This document shows, one piece after another, positions 13,281-26,600 of a stretch of DNA of 64,000 nt. The DNA lies in assembly GCA_028534125.1 (NCBI GenBank), contig CM052817.1:68512001-68576000 (forward strand). The letters are read 5' to 3'. The translations under genes were made by a program, and so were the position numbers. Position 1 is the stretch's first letter; every line of letters begins with the position of its first letter. Origin of the DNA: Lama glama. Lineage: Eukaryota. The notes under the pieces are model-generated. The model saw only the letters and a program-made list of their open reading frames with translations, searched no databases and had not been told where the DNA came from.

Positions 13281-13539
13281 TGATAAAGGACAAATAACTG
13301 GGGGCAAAAGGGTGAAGCCAAGGAGGTGTTCTGGCTCTCTGGCCGTTCCATCTCTATAGGTGGTGTCCTATTCCTCTTCCTTGGGTGTTTATGTCCTCAC
13401 GTTCTTCTCAATTACTTTATCATAATCTGATCTCAGATACTTCAAAGAAAATGACCAGTACCTACTCATAGTGCTATTGCCTCTTGGGAGTTTTGAAGCT
13501 TAACACTGGTGAAGGCTCAAGGCAGTAGCCTATACTTTA

Positions 13540-13700
13540 TGGTTCAAAAGATCAGCCTCATGCAGAGACTCTGCTATATCGATCTGGGGCTCAGGAATGT
13601 GTTTTGTTTTTGTTTTTGTTTTTGTTTTTATTTTTAAACAAACATCATTAGATGATTCTAAAGCAGGTAGTTTGTGGACAATATTTTGAAAAATATTATC
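13540..13700. mobile_element. MER5-like hAT MITE fragment with (GTTTTT)n expansion
   Basis: ggggctcaggaatgtgtttt...aaacaaacatcattagatgattct...ttttgaaaaata. Confidence 0.5.
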
Positions 13701-14684
13701 TTGAACCAAAAAGATAAAGGTATCAGTAAGTAGGTAAAATAGATGTTGCTGGACTCAGATCTTAGCTGTCTTCAAAACAACTCACATAAATGGACCTCAG
13801 TACTGCTGACCCCACTTATCCTCTCCATCATTCTCTGTCGTTCCTTAAGAGAGATTCAAATGGCTGTTCATATTTCAGAGCCTAAACTCTTTTAGAGCCA
13901 CCTGAGGTTATCCATAGTAGTAATTAATGTTGAAGAGAAATCATGCACCTGTGTTTCAAAAGGTATCAAGTGAGCTAGAGTGCCAATGTGAGCTGTTCTT
14001 CATCCTGTTCTCACTTATTTCTCTTTGAACCCCAGTCCTTAAGAACAGAGGCACCAGAATCATCTGCCTGAGTCATGTGCAGGCAGCACAGTCCCTGGTA
14101 CCGTATGATTACTGAAGCACCTTGGCTTCATTCCCCCATATGCAGCAATACAATTACCATTTAGGTCAGAATTCTAAGATAAACACACCATTACTCAAAA
14201 GGGCTTGTGGATAAGCAGTCTTGGCATTCAGCACTTTCAAAACACTGTAGAAGTCAGAAAATGAGTAAGAAAGGACTTACTGTACATTTAACTAATCTCT
14301 CTTAAACTATGCTGTAGAGCTGGAAAGCATTCCTACTGTTATTGTAACGAGAGACATAACAGCCAGACTGCTATTGAGCTGGAAAATGGTAAAGACAAAG
14401 CAGGAAGGACAGAGCATTTTGGAATAATCAGGCTGCTGCGATGTGGGAGGTCTAAGAAGAAAAGCAGAAATGGAGTACAAGGAGATGGTAAATGTTTAGG
14501 TGCCTTGAAAAGAAGCAAGCCTGTGCTTAAGTAAAGAGCAAATGTTGAGTTTTCAGGTTAAGATTAGGAGTTCTGCTCCCCCAGTTCTCAGCTTGTGGTT
14601 CCAATTCTCCATGGTACATACTGGCCCCTAACAGTGAAGCCATGACTGCATCTTTCCACTCCTACCACGAAAACAGCTCTTCTC

Positions 14685-14860
14685 CATCTATTCATTCATT
14701 TATCAAACATTTCACTGAGCACCTACTAAGTGCCAGGCACTGTTGCAGTTTTTGCAGTGCTTCCAGTTCAGTGGAGGAGATAGGAACAAACAATATCAAG
14801 CAGTTTGGCTATTATAAAAGCAGAAGTTCAAGGTACCAATGAATTTAACAGGAGTTAGAG
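14685..14860 (-). mobile_element. L2 3' end
   Basis: attcattcatttatcaaacatttcactgagcacctactaagtgccaggcactgt. Confidence 0.75.
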
Positions 14861-15289
14861 GAGCTGTTGCCCTCTCTCCATTTCTCTTTCATTATTGACA
14901 CCTGGAGGGAAAGAGAACCCAGATGTGATGGCCACAGTTGTTACACTGATCCAGTAGTGCGCTCTGAGGCTATAGCTCGACAGGTTAGGGAGGAAAGAAA
15001 GAGCTGTGACTTCACTATGTGAAAAAAGCCACATCGCTCATGGAGAAGATGTACAGTGGAATAGAGTAGAACCAGGCATGCAAAGTTCAGGGTTTTAGCC
15101 ATTTTTCACTCTCCATCTGGCACTGGCAGCTTTACTGAGTGAACAGACAGGGTACTGGACTTTGGTGATAAATAGCCTGGTGTAGACTGCAGCTGCAGCT
15201 TTGGGACAGGTCTGACTCCAAATGGAAATCACAAACCTGGACTTACTGAGCAGTGTGCCTGGTGGAAGTGGCAAGACATCATATTGGAC

Positions 15290-15460
15290 AAGTGTTATGA
15301 AGCCATCAGAATCACTCATGTGCTTTTGGTGAAGTGACATCCATGCCCACTCCAGAGCAGTAATAAGTTTCTTGGGATGAAGCTCCAGTATCATTTTTAT
15401 TTTCTTCACCTGGAATCCTAGATGATTCTATCGTGTAGTCAGCATCGAGACTCACTTTAT
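15290..15460. mobile_element. MER5A-like MITE
   Basis: catcagaatcac...atgcccactccaga...agatgattct...gagactcact. Confidence 0.45.
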
Positions 15461-17052
15461 TAGATAACGAGATTCATTTGCTGGCCAGTTTTGTCTGGGA
15501 CCTCAAATTGCAATTTTTTAAGGTATAGTCCTATGTGGAGAGCAAGTCACTTTGCACTGAAGAGGTACCATGTTGTAGGGCTGGAATTTGTGGGACCAAG
15601 TCCTGTGTGGAGACAATGGGGTTGTTCAGATTGCACAGCCAGCTGAGATCTAGAGGGCAATACCCTCTGTGGAGTTGGAGAATCTGGTATTTGCTAGGAG
15701 AGAATTTTGGGAATCACAGACTGTATGGGCAACTGCATTTCTTGTGGGAAGTACTCTCACGTGGAGAGGGCAAAGCTCTTGCATTTCTGTCATTCCTCTG
15801 GTTAGTGGGATCTGGTGGTGGTATTCATTTCCAAGGCTTGGGTAAGCACACCCCAAATCAGCACTGTCTGAAAGTGGCAGGCTCTTTTGGGTGTCACTCC
15901 ATCTTTTCTCTTTTTATCTTGCATCTTAGCTTGGACTAAGAGGGTGGCATGTTTGTCCAGAGGAAGTCAAGTTCTACTTGTAGCAGAAGAATGAATGGAG
16001 TAAGGGAATTTTTCATCTGCCAGAGTAGTGCAGGGTAACTAAGGCCAAGAAATCAAAGCCAAGAATGGGTAAGGTTTGAGAGGGGCACAGAACAGGATCA
16101 TGTTGCTTCTCACTGGGTGTCCTAGGGCACAGTTTTTGGTAGAACCCATAGTAGCAGCAGGAAGCTAAGAAAACTAGGCTTCTGCAAGATTCTGCAAGGG
16201 GCACACTGCAGGACAACTGTTTCTTGATGTGAAAATTTGGCCTTGTCAGTTAGTTCATTTTGGAGACTGGACAATGGGCATGAACTGACCAACTCCCTGG
16301 CGAAGCTCAAACTGAGAAATCTCTCTCATCCATTTTATTCTTCCATTTCTTTTCCCCCAAATATTAAATTTGGGGTAATACCACTTTTGGCTGGGTATGA
16401 AACCGAATAAGAGAACTGTCAATTATCCTTTAATGAGCAGCTGTAGTAAATAGATTTTCTTGGTTTTATAGATGTGATTCATCTTATAGGTCCTCTTGAA
16501 CCTCTGAAATGCTGATGATACGGTGCACATTTAATATTTCTGGCACTGTGTGGTTGAGACTATGATGATACTTTATGCCAATTATGTACCTATACCTAAG
16601 AGTTTGGCTGGACAATCTCAGGTAAGCATATTTGAGATGAGAAATAGAATATGGGGTGATTTTTCCACCTAGGGTACAGTGTGGCCTTGGGTCAAGTATA
16701 ACTCAAGTGCTATCTTATTCTGATTACTCATGAGATTTCTTGGGTCTTTAATAAATGTCTTGATCATTTTAATTGCCCAACTCAGTGATCTCAAATGCAA
16801 ACATAAGAGCTGTGACAAGGGTTAATAGGAAAGAGGTAGAAATGATTTAATTAATACTCCACTGATCTCTTCCCTTAATTATACAGTTAAGTATGACTTT
16901 AAAATGTCATTTTTTGTTTCAATTCTTATTGTGTTCCTCCCATAACTGAGAAAAGTATTCTGTCTCCTGCTAGTTTTCTGTACTCAGATATCTTACAGTG
17001 GACACACTGACATTTATTTTCTTAAGTTTATTTTCATAAATAGACCACATAA

Positions 17053-17826
17053 GAAAACCCTTGTACACTGTTGATGGGAATGTAAATTGGTACAGACATT
17101 ATATAAAACAGTAATGGAGGTTTATCAGAAGATTAAAAATAGAACTACCATACAATCCAGCAATCACACTTCTGGGTATGCATCCAAAGGAAATAAAATG
17201 GGCCTTGAAGAAGTATCTGTACTCTCATGTTTATAGCAGCATTATTCACAGAAGCCAAGACATAGAAACAACCTAAATGTCCATTGACAGATAATGGATC
17301 AAGAAAATGTGGTAGATATATACAGTGGATTATTATTCATCCTTAAAAAAAGGAAATCCTGCCATTTATGATAACATAAGTGAAACTGGAGGGCACTATG
17401 CTAAGTGAAATAAGCCAGACACATAAAGACAAATACTGCATGATTTCACTTACATGTGGAATCAAAAACAGTCAAACTCACAGAAGCAGAAGTAGAGCTG
17501 TGGTTGCAAAGGGTGAAGGGTGTCTATGTGAGGAGATGGGCAGATGTTGGTCAAAGGGCACAAAGTTTCAGTTATGCAAGATGAGTAAATTCTGAAGGTC
17601 TAATGTACAGCATGGTGACTACATTCACTGTACATAGCAAGTTTAACAATTATTTGATTTGCTACGAAACAAAAGAAAATGATAACTATGTGAAGTGATG
17701 GATATGTTAATTAACTTGATTCTGGTGATCATTTCATAATGTATACATATATCAAAACATCAAATTGTACATCTTTAATATAAACAATTCTTCTGTGTCA
17801 ATTATACCTCATTAACACTTAAAAAG
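17053..17826 (+). mobile_element. L1MA-like 3' end (ORF2 tail + 3' UTR)
   Basis: tacactgttgatgggaatgtaaattggtacag; KLEGTMLSEISQTHKDKYCMISLTCGI; typical 3' UTR ending tgtcaattatacctca. Confidence 0.9.
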
Positions 17827-18424
17827 AAAGTACTGTATAAGGTGAGAAACCAGTTTTCATAGTACTAACATCTAATAACAATTAGGCCATGGCAATCTTA
17901 TTTTCTTATTTCACTCACAGAAGTAAAATCAGCAGCAGAGCAAAACCAAGAAGGTAGACACAAGGCCAGGAATCATCTCACACCCCACCTCAGGCGCTTG
18001 ACAAATAAACAGCAGAACAGGTAATTCCAGGGTATTATTCTAGTAGGTTATATACTGGAATATGGTTAATTATGCAACAAGAAAAAAAATGGGAGCATTC
18101 ACAAAAACAGCCATTATATAGTCTAAGCTTTCTGGTCCATGTTTATTTTAGAGATAACTATTCTAATGGTGTCTGAGATATTCAGAATCCATGCTATGGC
18201 GTACATTAGTCTTCTATTTTTGGAACCAATCTTTGGGATTAGGAAATTTGATAGTGTGAAGATTTCACCTTAAAAAACATTTTTAAAAATAATTTGTGTT
18301 ATATAAGGGGACATATAAATAATTAAAGTACACTTAACTCGATGTGTTTTCTTGTTTTAATTTTCTGTTGACTATAATTTCTGTCTCCATTTCATCTCTT
18401 CCCATTCTCTTTCTCTCTTTATCC

Positions 18425-18890
18425 TTTTATGAAGAAAAATGTCCAAAAAATATAAAAATAGACAAGAATGCTATAATGAGCCCTTAGGTATCCAACACCC
18501 AGCTTCTACAATTATACATAGCCAATTTATGCCATTTATTCCTCCTACTCACTCCTCTCAACCACATGTATTGTTTTGATGTAAATTCTATATATCATTT
18601 AGCATATAAATATGTATCTGAAATAAGATGACTCCAAAAATATAACCACAGTACCATTATCACACCTAGATTAAGTTAACAGTAATCCCTTAATATAATA
18701 AAATATTCAGTAAGTGTTCAAATTTCTAATTAGTTCATAAATGTCACCCATTCATCATCCATCCATCTGTCCATCCATCCATCATCCACTTATCCATATT
18801 TGCAATCTGTTTATTTGTACCACAATCCAAACAAGGTCCACACATTGTGACTGATGCATGCCTTTTAAGTCTTCTTTAATATTTATAGGT
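18425..18890 (-). mobile_element. L1MC-like 3' fragment with (CCAT)n tract
   Basis: tataatgagccc...cacccagcttc; taaccacagtaccattatcacacct; aatccaaacaaggtccacacattg. Confidence 0.7.
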
Positions 18891-18934
18891 TTGTTTTCTC
18901 TACCTCTTTTCACTTCTTTGTGGGAAGCCCATTC

Positions 18935-20302
18935 TCTCTCGTGCACACTCCAATCAGACTTTTGTTACCATTATCTCTCCCCAAATACTCTTATAAAGGT
19001 CAGCAATAATACCCACATTGTCACCTTGTCAACCCAATTTTAGGACTCAATTTGAATCTGACCCATCATCGTCATCAGCTGACACATTTGATTATACTCT
19101 CTTCTTTCCAACCAGTCTCCCCTAGTTCTCCTACCTCACAGCTGATCTTTCTGGTCTCCTTTGGTGGATGTTCCTTATCTTCCTGACTTCTGCTCCACGG
19201 CTATCTTCTAACTTCTCTTCTCTATCTACATTTATCCCCTAAGTGATTTCATCTAGTCCTTTGGCTTTAAATTCCATCTATACATTGCTGACTTCAAATT
19301 TATGTCTTTTGCTTCTTTCTTGAACTCTAAACCCATAAAACCATTTCTTCAATATATCCACTTAGATGTCTAATAAGCTTCTTTAACAGTTTCAAAGGAC
19401 AATACATGATTCCTACCCTATTTCTACCTCCAAACACCTCCTGAAGTCTTCCTCACCTTGGGATATGGCAACTCCAAACTTTTCCAGTTTTATAAGCAAT
19501 AAACCTGGATATGTATTTCTTTTTTTTCTCTACTAATGTATCATATAGTCTCTAACTTTCAAAACATACCCAGAATCTGATCATTTCTAACCACCTCTGC
19601 TATTGCCAAACTAGCGTAAGCAACCATTATTTCTTACCTAGATTATTATATGTATTATCCTAACTGGTTTCTCCTGCTTCCATCCTTGTTCCAATGGCCC
19701 ACTGACCACATAACAAGTGATCCTTTAAAAATGTAACTCAGATTATAAAACTTCCCTTTCCAAAGCAATTTAACGGCTTCTTGTTTTACCCAGAATAAAA
19801 TATAAAGCCTTACCATGGTCTGTAAGGTCCCTCATGATCTGAAAATCTGCAAATCTACAAACACTTCTTCCACAGCCCCCTTCCTCAGATCGTCTAATTT
19901 CATCTTTCAATTTACGCTACCAACACCTCTTACTTAGACTCTTGCAAGAACTTCTTGTCTGCTGCTTCTGAACTCATCCCCCACAGTCTTTCTCTACATG
20001 GCAACCAGAATTATTTTCTTTAAACAAGTCAGGTCATATAAAAACTTTTGTTTCCCCACGTTCTAGAGCTTTTCTATCTCACGCAGAATAAGGACTTCCT
20101 GGATCACCTTATAAAGAAAATAAGCCACCGGGCACTCTTTTCACTCATTCTGCCTTATTTTTCATTTCATTTTATAACCACTTGATGTACGTGTGTTTGT
20201 TTATTGACAGTCTCTCCCAATATATTGTAAGCTCCATTAAAGTGAGCATTTTGTTTCACTTATTACTGTTTCTCTAGTGCCAAGAACAGTGCCTAGTACA
20301 TC
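18935..20302 (+). mobile_element. L2 LINE (decayed RT region to 3' end)
   Basis: ctccaatcagactttt (QSGF-like); ttggctttaaattccatctatacattgctgac (decayed YADD region); ends agaacagtgcctagtaca. Confidence 0.8.
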
Positions 20303-20639
20303 ACCATTTTTTTCTTCCATTTTTCCTACGATCTCTTGTTTTCTTTGTTATCTCCTCTACCAATCACTTGTACTAAAGTAAATTTTTCTGATGTATAAGC
20401 TGGCTTGTAATGGAGACAATGAATAGATTTTTACAATTTCTTGAAACAAGTATACCTTTTAATGGTCTTTGAATAATCTCTTGTTCAAGCTATCACCTGG
20501 AATTCATCTCCTTTTCTGAAATAATACACTCATAAGTTTGTAAATTTATAGTAAAGAAAAACCCTCTATTTCTTTTTTCCTGAATTTCAGAATACTTAGG
20601 TGTTCACTTCATGAGTGGAAGGATTCTATGCATACTCAT

Positions 20640-22320
20640 CTAATTTTAACTCTCCTTTGAATTCTAGTCTGAACCTCTAAATTCTGGACTGCCATTTTTC
20701 ATACTGATGTCCCATTAGCATGTCAAACTCAGTATGTTCAAAATTCACTGCATTCCCTCCAAATCTACTTCATTTTTCTCTTCCCTATCTCTGTTAAAAG
20801 TATCAGTAACCTCCCCAAACACCAAACCTGGAAACTTTAAGGTGATCTTTGACTTAAAAAAAAAAATCTCCTTTGGTTCCATATTCAATTAAGCACAAAG
20901 CTCAGCTGTCATTTGTCTTGGATCCATTCCTTCTTTTCCATTATGTTGCTCCCACTCCATTTTAGACCCCAGTTACTCTTTGATTAGTTCCTAAGTGGTT
21001 CTTGTGCTTTTAGTTTTTCCCTTTCCATTTTACCCAGCACTTTGCTGCCTACATGGTAACATCACAGAAGACCCTTAGGAAATCCTAAGACCCCGGTAAC
21101 TGTGGTGTAGAGATATTTTCTTTTCTAGAGCTATTGCCCTTAAGCAAGATGAGTCAAGATCTGTGGATCTCTTCCAAGTAATAGCTTGTTTATAGTTGGC
21201 AAGGACTATTTGTAGCATCTAAAAGCTCTTCTTCATAGCTTCATTCTGATAATTTTAAGTCTAAAATTTCTTTGAATTTTGAGAATGACAAAAGAAATTC
21301 TTCATTTTAGACTTATACTTGCTTATTCTTTACATAAATACATCCATTTATTTATATTTAAATTAAAGATTAATGAGAAGGTTGTCCTTTAGTGTTCCAT
21401 ATGAGGTAAGAGGAGATAGTGACAGGATGTTACCAGATGCCTTGAAGCACATAATAAAAGCAATGAGGACATTTTCTGAACCTCCTTTTGAAAGTTGCAG
21501 AGCTTCACCTGTCAGTCTCAGACAAATTCCTCTGTCGTCTTTTCCCCACAGCCACACGAGCTTTGCTGACTCTGGGGGCTTACAGACTATTTAGATAGTG
21601 GGAGACTGTAAACTTGGAACAGAAGGTTAACTAAAGGTAGAACCTGGGAAGAATCTGGCACTGAAATAGACTGGGAATATAGGCAGAGTAAAATTCTTTA
21701 AGTGGTCTCTGGTTCTTGGTGTTTCAAAATTTCTATTTTATTGGGATCAAGGGCGAAAAAGATGGGAGACACTTTACAAGGAATTTTCCAAATGACTTTC
21801 TAAAATACAGCAGATAGCGTCACTTTCATTCTTTAAAACTTTTAATAGATCTCAACTGCTAAAATGTAAACTCCTTAGCATAGCATTAAGGCCCTCTATA
21901 ACCAAACTCTCCACCTATCTTTCCAGCCTTATCTGAAGCTAAAACGCTCTTCAGAGAAGCTCTGTGCTTTCCAATTAACCTGCGCTATTTTCTTTGCCTG
22001 GAACAGTCCCTTCTCCCAACACTTTTCCTTACTGAAATCTTAGACATAATTCAAGGTCTAGGTCCATTATCACCTTCTCCATGAAGCTTTAGCAATCCCT
22101 CATTTAACTGGAAGAAATTTCTTCCTTCTCATTGATTTTCTAGAACTTTAATTATAAATCTCATAGCACACGCCATATTCCACTTTGCGTTTTAATCAGT
22201 TGTATACATGTCTTATCTTCTTAACTAGACTGCAAGTTTTATAAGGGCAAGGGACTGTCGTTTTCCTGTTTCCTCATCATAGTTTCCACCATGCAGGCAC
22301 TCAATATTTGTTGTCTTAAA
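20640..22320 (+). mobile_element. Further L2 fragments (about 20640-21050 and 21800-22320)
   Basis: gcatgtcaaactcagtatgttcaaaat; aactccttagcatagcattaaggccct; ctagactgcaag...gcaggcactcaatatttgttg. Confidence 0.6.
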
Positions 22321-22434
22321 TTAAACTAGTAGTTGATATCGGCATTTTTTTCTTTTGTCTTCCTCTTTTTACCAATTTCTTCAAAGGCATTGTCTACTGT
22401 AAACTATTACTTTTCAGGTGTTCATTCTTAACTT

Positions 22435-23290
22435 AGGCATTAATTCGACCATCAGATATTTATTGAATGCTTGTAACTTGAAAGGCAGTATGCTAGGGGC
22501 TGGGGCTTGACAATGAATCCCTATCCTCAGAGAGCTTGGAGTTTAGTAGGAGATGCAGGTAAGTGGGTAGGCGATCACAATGCCATTTGATAAAGGCTTC
22601 ACAGAGCCGTCATTTATGGTTGTGCAAATTGTGCCTTACATGAGAGAACCTGGAAAAGGGGTAAATGGAGCATGAAATGTAGCCCATCCTCTCCTTTCCA
22701 AGCTTTGTGCCCTTACATGGTGCTGTGTGCCCCTACAGGGAGGATGGGTTTTTATCTTATGCACACAGAAACTCTATACTAGAAGAGTAAGTAAAAGATT
22801 TTCTAAGAGCACTTGGGAAGGGTACTTAGTCCCAGACTTGAGGAGTTAAGAACATGTTCCATGAAGAAATGCTATATAAACAACTTTTCAAGACAAATGC
22901 GAGATACCCAAGTGAACAGAAGTTGGAAGAATGCTCCAAATAGAGAGAAGTACAAAGAGACAGTATATAAGGAACTACAAGTAGTCAATTATGGCTAGAA
23001 TCTAACAGGGTAAGGGAAGAATGGTGAGGGTAAGCTTCAAAAACAAAGCAGAGTTCAGATTATGAAGGGCCGTATAAACCATGTTTAGGGTTTGAATTTT
23101 ATTTTGAAGGCAATGAGAAGTCACAGAGGCAGTTTGACAATGATCAGATTGACATTTCAAAAATCTCTCTGGTTGCAGGGTAGAACTGGAGGGAGGAGGC
23201 TGCAGGCAGGGACAGTGGGAAGTTGTAGTAGGTCAGGCATGAGTTACTGGTGATCTAAGTGAAGACAGTTGGAAAGTGGCGACAAGAGAA
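22435..23290 (-). mobile_element. L2 fragment interrupted by MER91
   Basis: atatttattgaatgctt...ccctatcctcagagagctt; gggtttgaattttattttgaaggcaatgagaag. Confidence 0.7.
22602..22790. mobile_element. MER91-like hAT-Tip100 MITE
   Basis: CAGAGCCGTCATTTATGGTTGTGCAAATTGTGCC...TGAAATGTAGCCC...CCAAGC. Confidence 0.6.
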
Positions 23291-23389
23291 TTTCAGACCT
23301 AGTTAACAGAATGATAAGACAAATAATGATTTTCCATAAAATTTGTTCCACCAATTAACGTGAAGAGACTCAATATTTCAATCAAACAG

Positions 23390-23635
23390 GCCAGGTGGTA
23401 TGGAGGAAAGTGTAGGAACTTTGCAGTTAGGCAACACAGAGTTGGAATCAGGGTTTTCCCACCGGTTAGCCGTGGAATATTGGGTGAATCACTTAGCCTT
23501 TTTGGCCTTAGTTTCTTCACCTGTGCGATGTGTAATAACAATACGCTTGAATAGTAAGTGCACGTAAAAGGTTATTGGGAGGACTGAATGAGCTATTACA
23601 TGTGTAAGTGCTTGATTCATAGCAAATACTGTAAA
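23390..23635 (+). mobile_element. MIR SINE
   Basis: ttgggtgaatcacttagcctttttggccttagtttcttcacctgt core. Confidence 0.8.
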
Positions 23636-26600
23636 GTTAGTTTTCTCCTTTCCTCCCTTCCTCCTCTTTCTTTTCCCCAATTGATCCTTTAATAGGAGAG
23701 TCATTTATTTACAACACCCTGCAACTGCGTGGATTCAAACTTAAAAGGCAGAATTGTCCCCAAATGAAATATAAGGTAGGGCTTTACAGTGTTGATGGTG
23801 AACTATTCATGTTGGAGCAGTAATTTATACTAGTGACTCTTACAATTTACTGGGTCACACATATTTTTTTACTGGTCATATATATACATTTTGGCAATCA
23901 GAATAAAGCTTTGAATCTATTCTCTAAAAATAAAAAATAGCACATATGTACAACACTTTACATATAATTTTAATTATTTCAGAGACCTTTTAAGACTCAT
24001 GATGGACTCCAGGTTAAAATTTTTCCCTTATACTAACTCACTTAATCTTAAACTATGTGATAGTTGATAGTGATCTAATGTTTACACATATGGCAAATTG
24101 GGATCTTTCTACAGATTTACAGATTAGTGGTTAACAACAGCTTATACTTCCAAGTAAGTTCTCCCAGGAATGACTATGTGGAAGTTTTCTGAAAAGCTGA
24201 TGTCAAAAAAAAATTGGAGAAAACATTTTTAGACATAATGACATAAAAGTTTGTTTTTATGACACAAAAGTGTGATGGCTCACATTAGAGGTTAAGCCTC
24301 TTCTGATAAAATTGCATCATCTAACAGCATCATGTGTCAGGAGCTCTAATGGGTCTTGTGGTACTATTTCCTATGATCTGTGATATCTGGGACCAGAATT
24401 TCAGCAACAATCATTTATCAACTTCTGTTTACACTAGATGACCAAGAACAGTAAGCCCATACTGTATCCAAGCCATGGGTCACATTACACACAATATACT
24501 ATGCTCTAGAAGAGATGTATACAATAAAAACTCAGATTCAAAACAGTTAGGGCTGTGATGGATCACAGCCAAGTCCCAAACTCTATATAGGTCAAGAGGG
24601 AGGGTGACTATGATTAGTTTCTTAGTCAGCCCTAAACATTCGTGTTGTAAGGAGCAGTTAATTAAATAGTGGGCTGTGGAGGGCAGGGTAGGTATGTAGA
24701 ACAACATGTACTGAGACAGGATAACTTTTATTCTGTGACAGGTCACGAATATAGGTACCAGAGGTCACAAAGTTCAGATAATGACTTGGTAATTTTTCTT
24801 GGAAATTGGAAATGAGTTCCCTCTGTCTTCTAAAAAATTGCTTATATACATAATACATCCAGTATACATGCTAAAACCCCCCAAAGTCTGGATTAGGTGT
24901 TTTAAGGTTCCCCTTACTATAACTACATTGCTTTTTACTTCACAAAACTTTTGAAAAGCTATGAGACTAGGGACTCCACAGGACAAGCTTTAGTTCATGG
25001 GTTTTCTAAAATAAGTTATCCTCTATCAGTTAACAAGTGTAGAGTTATATAGAAGAGTTTTCACTGTTACTTGTAAGCTGCAAATGGTGTCTAGTGTGCT
25101 CAAGTTGCATTAATATCTAAAATGTTTCCTTATAATCTGATATAAACCCACAGACCAAAACATTTGCTGACAAGAAGGCAAGGAAAAAGTCAGGAAGAAA
25201 GCCAAGTTTAACCATACCCAGTGCTTACAGGTCTAACAAGACCAAGAAAGAATTCCTAGCATATTTTGAACTCATAAACGAGATTCACTTCCTCTTCTTT
25301 ATCAAAATGCTTAAGGGACCGTTATGCAGAGGCCTACTACGTTTTCTGACAGGTACAAATCTCATACAATAGTATCTTCTTAATTTGACAAACTAGGTAG
25401 ATACATCTAGAGCCAGAGAAATTTACTATAGGGATTGCATATATGCTGAGTTGGTTAAAGTGTTTTCAGGATCACTTGGTCCACTTTGAGCACATGCTTG
25501 GAGTAGGATAATCTCAGGTGCCTGAGGCCAAAAGCTAAAGGAAGAGCTTGAGCAAAGAGAGGAAGGAGACAGAGCTGGAGAGAGAAAAAGGGACCAGCAA
25601 AAGGTAAGGGATAGCAGTGATCATCAGATTATCCCAGAACTTGGTTTTGCTTGGTTAAGGGATCCAGGAAGTAAGAGAGTAGGACTAGAGGGTGTAAGCA
25701 TTTTATTACCACAGTACAAATTAATTTCCAACTTAACATCCAAAAGCCAAATAACCTTGGCCTCCAGAGGAGTATAAATGAATGTAATTGGACTATTAAC
25801 TTATTTTTTAAAACAGCTGCAGTGGTATGTTTGCTTAATATAAATCTGATTATTTTCATTTGAAAACAGATGCCATATTTTAAATTTAATCTTTTCCAAG
25901 GTGGAAAGCATCAGCTACTCACACCGTTTAGTCATAGAATCTCCACAAAAATCATCTCCTGTCTAGGTCTGAATCAAATGTCATTCAGAAACATTAATGT
26001 TCTACTCTTTGTCTTTTTGGCTTTGTTTTGTTTTGTTTTAAAGGAAAGAATAATAACACACCACTTATCACTGCAACTGCCTCTCATGTTCTCAGATGAA
26101 TATTTCTTCTGATGACAGAAGGAGAGCACTGATTTCACGCCAAGAATATAACATTTTAAGAGTAAGATGAGCTGTTCCTAATATTTTCCAAAGGGCCATT
26201 GACAAGTCAAAGTGAAATGCAAAGATTCCTTCAATTTTTTTCTTAGATAACCTTTTGATGTGATACATTTGCAGGGATAAAATCTTTGTGGTCTCATAAC
26301 CACTAAAATTAATCTAGATATAGGGCAATTATTTTTAAAGTCATATGCATTTCAGTGACTAACACAGCAATACGATATTTACAGTTTTCCTTAAAGACTC
26401 ACTAAAAGTAAACACCAGTTGGACTTTCATTTTGTTGCAGTTGACGTTGTTGGCCATTTTCCTGTCTGAGACCCATCACTAGCTCAAGAGTTGGATCCTA
26501 CTACATTATTTTCCCACAGGGTAGGAAAAAATAACCCAATAACATATTAAAGCATGCTGTTGTGCTAAGTCATCATTCTTGCTAAACATGATAATTTACT

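Noticed and set aside
15095..16310. Cluster of 60-134 aa ORFs in a slightly GC-richer patch
   Set aside because: No recognisable domain or exon structure; the length is compatible with chance.
21059..21108. Small imperfect hairpin (cttagga-aa-tcctaag with outer arms)
   Set aside because: Short stems with a large internal loop; expected by chance in 64 kb.
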